Positions 1-9,234 of a stretch of DNA of 64,000 nucleotides are shown here, one piece after another; position 1 is the first letter of the stretch; every line of letters starts with the position of its first letter. Both the position numbers and the translations under genes were made by a program. The notes under the pieces were generated by a model. The model made no database searches, was not told where the DNA came from, and saw only the letters and a program-made list of their open reading frames with translations. Source of the stretch: an uncultured Candidatus Actinomarina sp. (GTDB taxonomy: Bacteria; Actinomycetota; Acidimicrobiia; Actinomarinales; Actinomarinaceae); NCBI GenBank assembly GCA_902634185.1, contig CACPJC010000002.1:96001-160000 (forward strand), in the 5' to 3' direction.

Positions 1-2
1 AT

Positions 3-125
3 ACAATTGCTGGTATTGCATTTATATTATTTCTAGTAAGAATCCCTCCATTCTTTTCTGGGATAGTCTTAAGTGCAGTTACTTACTACGCGTATAGAAA
101 AGGTTTTTTTGATAAATATCGTTAA
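3..125 (+). CDS. 3' end of a membrane protein (partial, runs off window start)
   Basis: Open frame TIAGIAFILFLVRIPPFFSGIVLSAVTYYAYRKGFFDKYR* ending TAA at 123-125; hydrophobic. Confidence 0.55.
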   Translation, partial: TIAGIAFILFLVRIPPFFSGIVLSAVTYYAYRKGFFDKYR

Positions 126-1324
126 GGTAATATTTTTACCAATTCTGAAATAGGCTGATCTGCCCATTCATTGAATTCAGCAATCATTGCATCTGATGAC
201 TTTCCAAAGTTTTTTTCAAATGAAGCTTCAAAACCTAAAGTATCAAGGTCTTTATAAAAGTTAACCCTTACAGTTTCTTCACTTGTCTGACTTATTATGT
301 AAGCAATAAACCAAGTACCTACATCATAAATCTCAAATGGAGCATCAAAACCTATGTCTCTCATGCTTCTTCCGTCTTCAAGATACGTCGAAAGAGTTTC
401 GGCTTTCCAACTCATTACTTGACTGAAATAATTGTCATCTACTCCGGGCTGAAGTGAGTACCAGTATTGGCCCATATATTCTGCACTTCCTTCAGCAAAC
501 CATGGTCTTTGTTCTAGGCTGCCGTCCATTTTAAGGTTTCTAATACTTGTTCTCCAATCTCCATCAGTATCATCATCTGGATCGGATATATGACCATGTT
601 GATATACATGAAAGTATTCATGTAGTACTACTTTTTTATAGTCCTCTTCTTCTGGACCTGGATACTTAGAAGACATTGTTATGATATTAAACCAGTAATC
701 TAAATTACTTTGAATATAGGTTGAGACCGCAGAACATCCTTCGTCAACACATCTATAAAAAGGTGACCAGCCATCACCAGATCCGTAAGGGTCTCCATTT
801 GCACAATCCCACTCGGTATTCCATTTAGGATCTTTTTGGGTTCTAACATCGCACCATAAATTGTCTAATGCAATTGCCCCCTCATATGTGTCTCCTACAA
901 TCCATAACTCGAGAGGTCCATAACTTCCCCAAAATTCTATACCCTTTTTAACCCATTCAAGTGTGATATCTATGTGTTGTTGGGTTACATCCGGGGCAGC
1001 ATATATTTCTATATCTCCATACCATTCACCCCATACAGATTTATTAGTATTCTGTTCATCTGAGTTTTGTGTTGATTCTTGATTAGATGTTGATTCTTGA
1101 TCAGATGTTGATTCTTGATTAGATGTTGATTCTTGATCAGATGTTGATTCTTGATTAGATGTTGATTCTTGATCAGATGTTGATTCTTGACTTTCTTCAA
1201 CAACAGAAGTTATATTGTCTATATCACTGGAGCTAGAATTGTCGCTTCCACCACAAAAAATGAATATAAGAATAAAAATTAAGAGTTTGTTTATTCGTAA
1301 TACTTGTCGTTTTTTATCAACCAA
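122..1324 (-). CDS. Secreted/lipoprotein with Ser/Thr/Glu repeat linker and HExxH zinc-metallopeptidase-like domain
   Basis: Hydrophobic N-terminus ending FCGG; QESTSD/N repeats; HEYFH plus downstream WFAEGSAEY (gluzincin-like third ligand). Start codon uncertain. Confidence 0.7.
   Translation of the reverse strand: MVDKKRQVLRINKLLIFILIFIFCGGSDNSSSSDIDNITSVVEESQESTSDQESTSNQESTSDQESTSNQESTSDQESTSNQESTQNSDEQNTNKSVWGEWYGDIEIYAAPDVTQQHIDITLEWVKKGIEFWGSYGPLELWIVGDTYEGAIALDNLWCDVRTQKDPKWNTEWDCANGDPYGSGDGWSPFYRCVDEGCSAVSTYIQSNLDYWFNIITMSSKYPGPEEEDYKKVVLHEYFHVYQHGHISDPDDDTDGDWRTSIRNLKMDGSLEQRPWFAEGSAEYMGQYWYSLQPGVDDNYFSQVMSWKAETLSTYLEDGRSMRDIGFDAPFEIYDVGTWFIAYIISQTSEETVRVNFYKDLDTLGFEASFEKNFGKSSDAMIAEFNEWADQPISELVKILP
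1070..1190. repeat. In-frame 18-bp tandem repeat (~6.7 copies, alternating two variants)
   Basis: TGTTGATTCTTGAT(T/C)AGA units; encodes QESTSN/QESTSD on the minus strand. Confidence 0.95.
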
Positions 1325-1428
1325 TTTATTCCTAATACAACTCCAATGATACCAATAAAGATAGACATATTTGGAAACCAGCTAATTAATAATATCGAAC
1401 CAATAATGACTAAAAAAATTACTAACAA
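1291..1428 (-). CDS. Putative 45-aa two-helix membrane micro-protein
   Basis: Manually translated TTG-start ORF MLVIFLVIIGSILLISWFPNMSIFIGIIGVVLGINWLIKNDKYYE*; fills the gap directly after the 1430-2095 stop. Confidence 0.5.
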   Translation of the reverse strand: MLVIFLVIIGSILLISWFPNMSIFIGIIGVVLGINWLIKNDKYYE

Positions 1429-1429
1429 A

Positions 1430-2095
1430 TTAATCTTTCTCTGGTTTTAAAAATGTTTTATTTCTTCCCTGAACCATGTGGTATACATCCATTAATGCAT
1501 TTTTATCATTCTCTACCGATCCAGTTAGTAAATATTCTTCCATAAGTTCAAACCTTCTATTTTTATAATCAATTTTTGTAGGAACAATAGTTGCATCGAG
1601 TTCTTTTCCAATGTAATAAAATCCACTTTTGATTGTTTTATTTGTATGCATAAGGCCTTCAACAGTTAAATATAAAATAAATTTATCCTTTGTTTTTAAT
1701 TGATCAATAACTTGTTGTGTAACACCAGTTGACTTTGTTCTCCAAACAGGAATACCCCCAAAATTTAAAAGTATCTTTTTTTGAACCAAGCCAAAAGGAT
1801 GGGGAATTCCTAGTTTGTCTGGATTCTTTTTAAACGGAATAGGAATAACAATTCTTGTAAACATTGATATTGACCCTAAAAAGTAGAATTTTAGATCTGA
1901 TGCCAAACACACAAAAAAAGCATAAATGCTATCAAAACTTGATGAATGGGGTGCTGATGCAATAATTATTCTTTTTTTATCTGGAAGATTTCCAACAATA
2001 TCCCAGTTAATCATTTTCAAAAATATTCTTCCAAGAGGTCCTAATATATACCTTTTCTTTATGGGATGATTTTTAGTTATTTTAATGTCTTTCAT
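1430..2095 (-). CDS. PlsC-like acyltransferase
   Basis: HxxxxD motif (APHSSSFD), GGIPVWR, VEG block; paralog of 9956-10624. Confidence 0.8.
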   Translation of the reverse strand: MKDIKITKNHPIKKRYILGPLGRIFLKMINWDIVGNLPDKKRIIIASAPHSSSFDSIYAFFVCLASDLKFYFLGSISMFTRIVIPIPFKKNPDKLGIPHPFGLVQKKILLNFGGIPVWRTKSTGVTQQVIDQLKTKDKFILYLTVEGLMHTNKTIKSGFYYIGKELDATIVPTKIDYKNRRFELMEEYLLTGSVENDKNALMDVYHMVQGRNKTFLKPEKD

Positions 2096-2207
2096 AAAAG
2101 TAAAGAATCCCCAATCATTAGGGATAATAGGCTAAATATCTATGTTTACAAAGATTTAATAAACAAAAAGTTTTTATAAAATTGAGTAAAGGCTAATGTT
2201 TTAATCA

Positions 2208-2393
2208 ATGAGTAAGAAAATATCAAAATTTTTAGAGTTTGAAGATAGAGTTTTTAGAGCTCCGTATAACTATTTAAAAAAAATTGGACTCATTGACAAA
2301 GTGAAAGAGATAAAACAACGTTTTGTAGAAATCTATTCAAAAGACGAAGAAATTCCATACGGTGGAAATCAGATGTTTTTTGGTGACGATTAA
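2208..2393 (+). CDS. Small hypothetical protein (61 aa)
   Basis: ATG ORF in an otherwise empty gap. Confidence 0.55.
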   Translation: MSKKISKFLEFEDRVFRAPYNYLKKIGLIDKVKEIKQRFVEIYSKDEEIPYGGNQMFFGDD

Positions 2394-2400
2394 AAACTTT

Positions 2401-2664
2401 TTAATATCTGTCTTTACTATCGTTCTTTAATCTCTCTACTTCCTTTTCAACTGAAAAAAGACTATTGCTTGTAATACCTACAAAATGTGAAAGCAAACCA
2501 ATACCCCAACCACCAACAACAAAATACCACCAATTTGCACCTGTAGAGTCAATAAATATATCGAATAAAGTCAGAGCTAAACAAACGATGAAGTAAATAA
2601 CGCTATGAATTCTAAAACCTATACGTGCTTTTGCTTTTCTAATTAGCTTTTCATCATTATCCAT
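2401..2664 (-). CDS. 2TM-domain membrane protein
   Basis: FRIH...Y, WW and GWGIGLLSH pattern typical of the 2TM family. Confidence 0.75.
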   Translation of the reverse strand: MDNDEKLIRKAKARIGFRIHSVIYFIVCLALTLFDIFIDSTGANWWYFVVGGWGIGLLSHFVGITSNSLFSVEKEVERLKNDSKDRY

Positions 2665-2679
2665 AATTAAAATAATAAT

Positions 2680-3672
2680 ATGACTCTCGCATTAATTACT
2701 GGTGGATCTGGACATGTTGGAGCAAATCTTTCACGGGAATTAATTAACCAAGGATACAAAGTGCGGTGCATTGATTATGACAATGATTATCGAGCCTTTA
2801 AAAATTTAGACATTGAATTAATCAAAGCTGATATTACAGATAAAGATTCTCTTAAGCCAGCTTTTAAAGATGTTGAGGTAGTTTTCCATACAGCTGCTTT
2901 TATAAGTCTTGATAGAAGATATGAGAATCTGATAAGAAAAATAAATGTCGAGGGGACAAAAAATGTATGTGAAGCATCTGTTGATGCAAATATAAAAAAA
3001 TTAGTTCATTTTTCTTCTATTGATGCCTTTCAAAGAGAGCCGATGGATGAACCATTATATGAATCTAGAAATCTTGTATCTGATCCTAAGTCAATTCCAT
3101 ATGACCTTTCAAAGGCTGATGGTCAAAGAATTGTTTTAGATTTTACAAATAATTATCTGGATGCAAGCATTATTCATCCAACATCAATAATGGGTCCCAA
3201 TGATTTTAAACCTGGACTAAATTGTCAATCAATGATCGATATTGCAAACCAAAAGAGGCTTTTGAATATAGATTTTGGATATAACTATGTTGACGTAAGA
3301 GATTTATCAAAAACTGCAATCAATTGTTCAATAAAAGGAGTTAATGGTCAAAATTATCTCGTAGGTGGAGAATTTTTGATGTTTCCAGAAATTGCAAAAA
3401 TGATAGGCAAATTATTAGATAGAAGAACTTTGCTTGCTGCTTTACCTATATCTTCAATGTATTTCAATGTTCCGTATGAAATAGTAAAGTCAAAATTTAC
3501 AAAGAAACCAAGACTCATGACGATTGACACTATTCATACAATAAAAACTGCACATAAGCTAATACCTTGTACGCTCGCCAAAAATGAATTAGGTCACGCA
3601 AATAGGCCTTTCATTGAAACAATAACTGATACAATTAATTTCTTTATTGATAGAGGGTTAATAAAAAATTAA
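2680..3672 (+). CDS. NAD-dependent epimerase/dehydratase (extended SDR, HpnA/DFR-like)
   Basis: TGGSGHVG Rossmann motif, HTAA, INVEGT, YxxxK (YDLSK). Confidence 0.85.
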   Translation: MTLALITGGSGHVGANLSRELINQGYKVRCIDYDNDYRAFKNLDIELIKADITDKDSLKPAFKDVEVVFHTAAFISLDRRYENLIRKINVEGTKNVCEASVDANIKKLVHFSSIDAFQREPMDEPLYESRNLVSDPKSIPYDLSKADGQRIVLDFTNNYLDASIIHPTSIMGPNDFKPGLNCQSMIDIANQKRLLNIDFGYNYVDVRDLSKTAINCSIKGVNGQNYLVGGEFLMFPEIAKMIGKLLDRRTLLAALPISSMYFNVPYEIVKSKFTKKPRLMTIDTIHTIKTAHKLIPCTLAKNELGHANRPFIETITDTINFFIDRGLIKN

Positions 3673-4937
3673 GAATCTTGGGCAAGAGTATCTTCAAAAG
3701 ACTGTCTTTTAACTAAGTCGAAAACTTCGTTACTTGATATACCAATGACTTTAGCCTTTGGAACACGATTGTAATTGCTGGCCATAGCGAATGTGTAAGC
3801 TCCAGTGGATGTTGACATTAAAATATCGCCTGGATTTGTGTCAGTTGGAAGACTTGCTTCTTCAACTAAAAGATCTCCTGATTCACAGTGTCTTCCAGAT
3901 ACTGCAAAAACTTTTTCTTCCTCTTTTTTGTTTCCTGATATATTAAATAGCTTGTGTTCACTTCCATATAAAGCTGGTCTTGGATTATCTGACATTCCTC
4001 CATCAACTAAAATATATGGTTTATCTCCTCTGTCTTCTTTTATTGCTCCTGCTGTATAAAGGATTAGTCCAGCGTTATTTACTACAGCTCTCCCTGGTTC
4101 GATCATTACCTTATAATCTGAACTCCAGTTTTCTTCAATGCCAGATTTAATTGCCTCAGCGTAAACTTCAAGATCTTGGCTGTTCTCGTCACCTTCATAG
4201 GGAGAAAAGAAACCACCACCAGCATCAAAAACAATCTCTCTTTCAACACTAGCTTTGTTCTTTTCTAAAAATAAAGAGCACTCTTCCATTGCTTTTTTGA
4301 ATCTTTCAGGATCTTTAATCTGGCTTCCTATGTGGACATGAATTCCTGAAAATAAAAGTGAGTCAGAATTATAAACTTCTTTTAGGGCTGTATCAGCAAT
4401 ATCAATTGAAAGTCCAAACTGCTGATCATAACCTGATGTCAAAACCATTGGGTGAGTTTCTGCACCAAGATCTAAATTTATCCTCAAAATAACTGATTGT
4501 TTTCTTTTATTTTTTGAAGCAATTTCTTGAAGTAAAGAGATTTCATTCAAGTTATCAATTGATATGTGTCCACCATTATTAGATATGAAAAAATCTACTT
4601 CTTCTTTAGTTTTGTAAGTCCCGTTAAATAGTGTGTTTTCGAGTGTATCTATTGAAGATAAAACAGTTGCCATTTCACCTCCTGAGACTACATCAACACC
4701 CCATTTATTTTTATCCAATAATTCGACGAGCTTTTTGCAGATAAAGGCTTTTGCAGCATATCGATATAAAGTATCTTCACCAAAAGCATTTGTGAATTCA
4801 GATATATTGTTTTCGATATGATTCCAATCATATATATAAAGAGGTGTTCCATGTTCTGATGAGATATCTATGAGTGAAAAGTCATTTATAAACGCGACTC
4901 CCTCGTCAAACCTTAAGTTTTTTGGTAAATAGTTCAT
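3669..4937 (-). CDS. lysA: Diaminopimelate decarboxylase
   Basis: GTPLYIYD, YAAKAF (PLP Lys), HIGSQ, EPGR, HCESGD, GAY..MASNYN; start moved to the ATG overlapping the nfo stop. Confidence 0.9.
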   Translation of the reverse strand: MNYLPKNLRFDEGVAFINDFSLIDISSEHGTPLYIYDWNHIENNISEFTNAFGEDTLYRYAAKAFICKKLVELLDKNKWGVDVVSGGEMATVLSSIDTLENTLFNGTYKTKEEVDFFISNNGGHISIDNLNEISLLQEIASKNKRKQSVILRINLDLGAETHPMVLTSGYDQQFGLSIDIADTALKEVYNSDSLLFSGIHVHIGSQIKDPERFKKAMEECSLFLEKNKASVEREIVFDAGGGFFSPYEGDENSQDLEVYAEAIKSGIEENWSSDYKVMIEPGRAVVNNAGLILYTAGAIKEDRGDKPYILVDGGMSDNPRPALYGSEHKLFNISGNKKEEEKVFAVSGRHCESGDLLVEEASLPTDTNPGDILMSTSTGAYTFAMASNYNRVPKAKVIGISSNEVFDLVKRQSFEDTLAQDS

Positions 4938-5701
4938 TTCTTTAAACGTCTTCTTATCCAAGCAATATCTTTTTTTTGTGCATCTGGTCCATTCGGTGTT
5001 TCCACAATAATATCTGTTTTTGCATTTTTGATTACATACTCTAATTCCTCTTTGGGGATTTTTCCTTTCCCTAAATTTTCATGTCTATCTCTACTACTCT
5101 CAAAACCATCTTTAGAATCATTAAAATGTATTAAGTCTATTTTTTTGACTAGTTTCTTGAATCCCTTAACAGCATCAATGGTAGGTATTCCTCCAGCCCA
5201 GGTATGGCAAGTATCTAAACATAATCCCACATTTAGATGACCGATTACCTCCCATAACCTCTCGATTGAGTCCATATATCTTGCAACTGAATTTTTACCA
5301 CCTGCAGTATTTTCAACTAGTACTTTCATTCCAGTGTCCTCAACATGCTCTAAAGCTTTTCTCCAGTTATCGTAGCCAGCACCAATATCACCACCTTCAC
5401 CAACAGATCCACCATGAACAATTACCCCTTTTGCTCCAAACGTTGAAGCTACTTTGCAAGTATCTTTTAATAGCTTTCTGCTTGGATGTCGTACCTTATT
5501 ATTTTGTGTTGCAACATTAATTAAGTAAGGGGCATGGACATAAATATTACCCCCAAAATCCTGTAAAATCTCGATATCTTCTCGAGGTTTTGGACTTTTC
5601 CACATTTGTGGACTGGATATAAATATCTGAAAAGTATTCCCTTTTCTATACGAAATTTCATCGATTGCGTTTTTAGAAGGTATATGAGCGCCAATATTCA
5701 T
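4934..5701 (-). CDS. nfo: Endonuclease IV
   Basis: IGAH, HAPYLIN, ENTAG, DTCH, HFNDSK, DRHENLG. Confidence 0.9.
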   Translation of the reverse strand: MNIGAHIPSKNAIDEISYRKGNTFQIFISSPQMWKSPKPREDIEILQDFGGNIYVHAPYLINVATQNNKVRHPSRKLLKDTCKVASTFGAKGVIVHGGSVGEGGDIGAGYDNWRKALEHVEDTGMKVLVENTAGGKNSVARYMDSIERLWEVIGHLNVGLCLDTCHTWAGGIPTIDAVKGFKKLVKKIDLIHFNDSKDGFESSRDRHENLGKGKIPKEELEYVIKNAKTDIIVETPNGPDAQKKDIAWIRRRLKK

Positions 5702-5771
5702 GGTGTTTATTATAAAACATATATGTGGTTTGAAAATAGAAAGAATTTCTCAAATCAATTAAAATAGTAAT

Positions 5772-5850
5772 AAGACTTCCTTTCGTACTTTGAGCCACTG
5801 CTAAAAGTGTGATAAAACAAAAATAACAGCCACAAGGGAGTCTTTTTGCT
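5772..5850 (+). ncRNA. Candidate small RNA with an 11-bp closing stem and U-tail
   Basis: AAGACTTCCTT (5772-5782) pairs with AAGGGAGTCTT (5834-5844), followed by a T-rich tail; TAAAAT at 5760-5765 sits 6 nt upstream. Confidence 0.4.
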
Positions 5851-5854
5851 TTTT

Positions 5855-7087
5855 TTAAGGCATTTTTAGTATTTTTTTATAAAGAAAATAATCTCTATCA
5901 CCTAATTCATTTGGAGCGACGGCTGAAACAACAAGATAATCGCCGTTACTTAGCAAAATACCAGTTGGATCTAGATAACTTAAATCTAGAGGTGATATTG
6001 GTACTCCTGTAAAATCCCATTCAAGACCATCTTTTGATGTTGCAACAAATAAACTTTGTGGTATTTTTGGTAACCCTTCTGGTGAGAATGAGAATATTGC
6101 TTTCCAATTGTTTTCTTCTGCTACCAAGACTTCAAAATCAACATATCCATTTTCAAATCTGTAGCCAGGATCTTTTGTAAATGAAATTCCCTCTGGAGTT
6201 TCTGAGGTTGCACTTACTATCTTTTCACCTCTCATACCTGAAGACTCATCTACCCAATAAATTCTTATTCTTCCATCTGGTATAACAACAGCATCTGGAA
6301 CACCCCAAGCAATACTGCCACCATCAGATATACCGAGTGAGATCTGGTTAGTGTAGGATAAACCATCCTCACTAAAAATAGCTGTCATTATTTCTTTTGA
6401 TTTAGTATTTGGATTAAATTCAACAAAGTATCCTCTGCGAGTGCCACTAGTTGTTTCAACAATTGTTAAATCTTGAATTCTTTCAATTGCACCTTGACGA
6501 GTACAGTTAAGATCGTAGTCGCATAAATCAACTGCTAAACCATTTGCCGACAGACTTGAATAAAATAATCGAAGTGTTGTGCTGTTAACTACTTCCAGAT
6601 GTGGGCTGACTCCATCTTGATTAAGACTCACTATGTCAACTAAATAGGCATTTTCTTCAACGTTTTCTGAGACATTTCCTTCGGGAAACGCCTGTACATT
6701 TGATTCTCCTTCACCTGGCAGAGGAGGTGGAGGAATATTACACATATCAAAATACTTGATTGCATCTTCTGAAAAGGGTCTACCTGCGTATAGATCTAAT
6801 TCAATTTGTCTTAACAGTTCAAATGGAGCATTTTCATCTAAACAATTTCTTTCTTTTTTTGATAAAAAAGAAAGAATTCCATCAGGGAACTCTTTTAATA
6901 TTTCATCAATTGATCCCATTTGAGCTTCATCATTTTTTGGTTCGTTATTCGTTTCTGTTTGCATAGGTTCATCGTTTATATTTGGTTCAGGTTCTGCGGC
7001 AGATGAGGATGTAGGAGTTGTGGAGCTTGAGTTACTTCCACATGCTATTAAAAAAATTGCTAAAAGTGAGATGAATAATTTTTTCAC
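5855..7087 (-). CDS. Lipoprotein with C-terminal beta-propeller-like (Asp-box/BNR) domain
   Basis: GTG start, lipobox LIAC; SEDGLSY and SKDGLEW Asp-box-like motifs; TATAAT 6 nt before the start (leaderless). Confidence 0.7.
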   Translation of the reverse strand: MKKLFISLLAIFLIACGSNSSSTTPTSSSAAEPEPNINDEPMQTETNNEPKNDEAQMGSIDEILKEFPDGILSFLSKKERNCLDENAPFELLRQIELDLYAGRPFSEDAIKYFDMCNIPPPPLPGEGESNVQAFPEGNVSENVEENAYLVDIVSLNQDGVSPHLEVVNSTTLRLFYSSLSANGLAVDLCDYDLNCTRQGAIERIQDLTIVETTSGTRRGYFVEFNPNTKSKEIMTAIFSEDGLSYTNQISLGISDGGSIAWGVPDAVVIPDGRIRIYWVDESSGMRGEKIVSATSETPEGISFTKDPGYRFENGYVDFEVLVAEENNWKAIFSFSPEGLPKIPQSLFVATSKDGLEWDFTGVPISPLDLSYLDPTGILLSNGDYLVVSAVAPNELGDRDYFLYKKILKMP

Positions 7088-7104
7088 AAGTGGATTATAC
7101 CAAT

Positions 7105-7192
7105 AAAGCAAAAATCCCGATTGATCTTGCGACCCTTCGGGATTTTCTATTCTATCTCATTTTCGGTCTTGCGACTTCTTTTTTGATAGTGT
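7105..7192 (-). ncRNA. Candidate structured sRNA, copy A
   Basis: Own promoter; CUAUC/GAUAG stem enclosing a GUC-GCAA-GAC hairpin; 3' hairpin AAAAUCCCGA..GGUC-GCAA-GAUC..UCGGGAUUUU plus U-tail; near-duplicate at 8573-8664. Confidence 0.6.
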
Positions 7193-7198
7193 GTATTA

Positions 7199-7258
7199 AA
7201 TGTACAGGTAATCCAATACTTTCGCAAGAAATTCTGTGCTGTTTTTTTCGCGAACTTT
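7199..7258 (-). promoter_or_regulatory. Sigma70-type promoter of sRNA copy A with upstream AAAGTTCGCGAAAA site
   Basis: TTGCGA-17nt-TACATT; 14-mer at 7245-7258. Confidence 0.6.
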
Positions 7259-7270
7259 TTATGAAAAAAG

Positions 7271-8545
7271 TCAAGAAATAATGATTTTTACATCTTTTCT
7301 TGGGTATGGAATGGGTGCAGGGTTAATACTTAAAGGTTCTGAAGACGATATATTATCAAAGTTTGTCACAAGTTTGTAAATCACATTTTTAAAGAGATAG
7401 CTAGCAAAAAATTTACCTAAACAAGTATGAGCTCCACCTGAAAATGGAAAGTACGAATCATTAATTTCATCTGTATCTAAAAATCGTTCTGGATTATAGG
7501 TATCCGGTCTATCCCAGTATCTTTCATCGTTATGAAGTACCAAAGGACCGATAGCAACGTACGTTCCGCCATCAAGTTTATAATTTTCAACTTCTGTATC
7601 TCTCATTACATAACGAACTGAAAATGGAACTGGGGGATATTTTCTCATAGCTTCAGAAAATAAAGATTCAGCTTTTAGGCCGTTCTTTAGATCTGCGATA
7701 TCTGTCAAAGAAATACCATTTGATTCATCCTTCAATTGTTCATAAAAATTTTTATTTGTTGAAAGATGGTGTATTGCAGATGTAAGCGTACTAGTTGTTG
7801 TATCGTGTGCAGCAAGCAAAAGAAAAATCATATGTTCTGCTATTTCATAATTGCTTAAACCTGTTTCATGTTTATTTGTTTTTACTAGTTCAGAAAAAAG
7901 TGTTTTTTTGTCAATATCAACTGTTTCTGCTTTTTTTTGAAAATAGGTAAGTAATTCCTGTCTTGCTTTTAAACCTTTTTTTAATTTTGTAAAAGGTAAT
8001 GGAGTCCTTACAACAGACGTCGCAGATTTGATTGAATCTGTAAACAATCTTTCTAACTCTTTCAATCGCGAGTTATCTATTTCATCAAAAAATAATTCAA
8101 TTGAGATCTTAAACATTAACCCTTTCATAGTTTCATATAAATTAAATGATTTTTTAGATTTAAGATTTTCAATCCACTCATCAAGAATTGGTTGAATGAT
8201 ATGTAAATAATTTACTAGTGCATCTCTTCTAAATGAATCCTGTAAAAGCCCTCTATGAAACTTATGATCATCAAAATCTCTCAACATTAAACCATTCTCA
8301 AAAGCTTTACCTAAAGAAAATTCCCAACCATGTTTTGATGAAAAATTATCTTCAGGGTCTAAGTAAATATGTTTTGTCGCGGATGGGGACATAAACATTG
8401 TGACTCTTTCATTAAGTATCGATATTTCGAATACATCACCATATTTCACTTGAAGATCTTGAATTAAAGACAAAGCATCATTATTAAATTTGATTGAGTG
8501 ACCAAATATAGGATTTCCCTTATCTAGCGGAGGTTTTGTCATCAT
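7271..8545 (-). CDS. Cytochrome P450
   Basis: AAHDTT I-helix, EAMR (ExxR), PERF, FSGGAHTCLG heme-Cys motif. Confidence 0.95.
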   Translation of the reverse strand: MMTKPPLDKGNPIFGHSIKFNNDALSLIQDLQVKYGDVFEISILNERVTMFMSPSATKHIYLDPEDNFSSKHGWEFSLGKAFENGLMLRDFDDHKFHRGLLQDSFRRDALVNYLHIIQPILDEWIENLKSKKSFNLYETMKGLMFKISIELFFDEIDNSRLKELERLFTDSIKSATSVVRTPLPFTKLKKGLKARQELLTYFQKKAETVDIDKKTLFSELVKTNKHETGLSNYEIAEHMIFLLLAAHDTTTSTLTSAIHHLSTNKNFYEQLKDESNGISLTDIADLKNGLKAESLFSEAMRKYPPVPFSVRYVMRDTEVENYKLDGGTYVAIGPLVLHNDERYWDRPDTYNPERFLDTDEINDSYFPFSGGAHTCLGKFFASYLFKNVIYKLVTNFDNISSSEPLSINPAPIPYPRKDVKIIIS

Positions 8546-8572
8546 ATAAAAATAACTTTATTAAAAATATAT

Positions 8573-8664
8573 GAAAAAAGCAAAAATCCCGATTGATCTT
8601 GCGACCCTTCGGGATTTTTTATTCTATCTTCTTTTCTATCTTGCGATTTCTTTTCCGATAGTTT
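8573..8664 (-). ncRNA. Candidate structured sRNA, copy B
   Basis: 42 nt identical to copy A (8577-8618 vs 7105-7146); inner hairpin AUC-GCAA-GAU shows a compensatory change relative to GUC-GCAA-GAC. Confidence 0.6.
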
Positions 8665-8669
8665 CTATA

Positions 8670-8729
8670 AATATAGGTATGTAAAGTAATTTACGCAAAA
8701 TATTTTCTAATCTATTTTTCGCGAACTTT
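8670..8729 (-). promoter_or_regulatory. Sigma70-type promoter of sRNA copy B with upstream AAAGTTCGCGAAAA site
   Basis: TTGCGT-17nt-TATATT; 14-mer at 8716-8729. Confidence 0.6.
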
Positions 8730-9183
8730 AATCAGGAATAGCTGATTTTATCTCATTCAATAGGAGTTCTAATTCACGATTATCAATATGTTTTATAACC
8801 ACTGCATATGATTTTTCTTGAAATGAAAAAATAATCGTATCTTCATCTCTTTCTTCAATGTTGGTTATTTCATCTACGGCATTAATTACTGACAGTATTT
8901 TTTCTTGTGTCTTAAGAGCTATTTTTCCATTTTTGATTTCTATAACTGGTTGAAAGAATGCTTGAAGAGAAATAATTATCTGGAAAAAACCAAAAAATAA
9001 AATGAGGTAATAAAGACTTTCCTCTCTATTGTTAGAACCAAATTCTTCAAGATCAAAATAACGTTTTAAAATTTCTCTTAATGGACCTTCTAGGATATTG
9101 TCAATGGAAACATATGAAAGAAAAATACCATTCAAAAGTTTTGAAAAGAATTTATTTTTTTTTCGTAAAAATTTTTTTTCCAT
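8728..9183 (-). CDS. Hypothetical membrane protein
   Basis: 151-aa ORF with hydrophobic segments. Confidence 0.6.
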   Translation of the reverse strand: MEKKFLRKKNKFFSKLLNGIFLSYVSIDNILEGPLREILKRYFDLEEFGSNNREESLYYLILFFGFFQIIISLQAFFQPVIEIKNGKIALKTQEKILSVINAVDEITNIEERDEDTIIFSFQEKSYAVVIKHIDNRELELLLNEIKSAIPD

Positions 9184-9234
9184 AAATTTGATTCTATTAC
9201 CTACAGAATACTCAAGTATAGCTATTGTTTAAAT

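Noticed and set aside
1070-1190. Possible CRISPR array
   Set aside because: Contiguous 18-bp units without unique spacers, in frame in a CDS, no cas genes; the 1009-1203 ORF is a shadow frame of the repeat
7090-7281. 63-aa + strand ORF over the repeated element
   Set aside because: The second copy does not keep a comparable frame; promoter orientation and G-U pairs favour a minus-strand RNA
7105-8729. Repeats as IS/MITE ends of a mobile P450 cassette
   Set aside because: Direct, diverged repeats with promoter architecture; no transposase, terminal inverted repeats or target-site duplication
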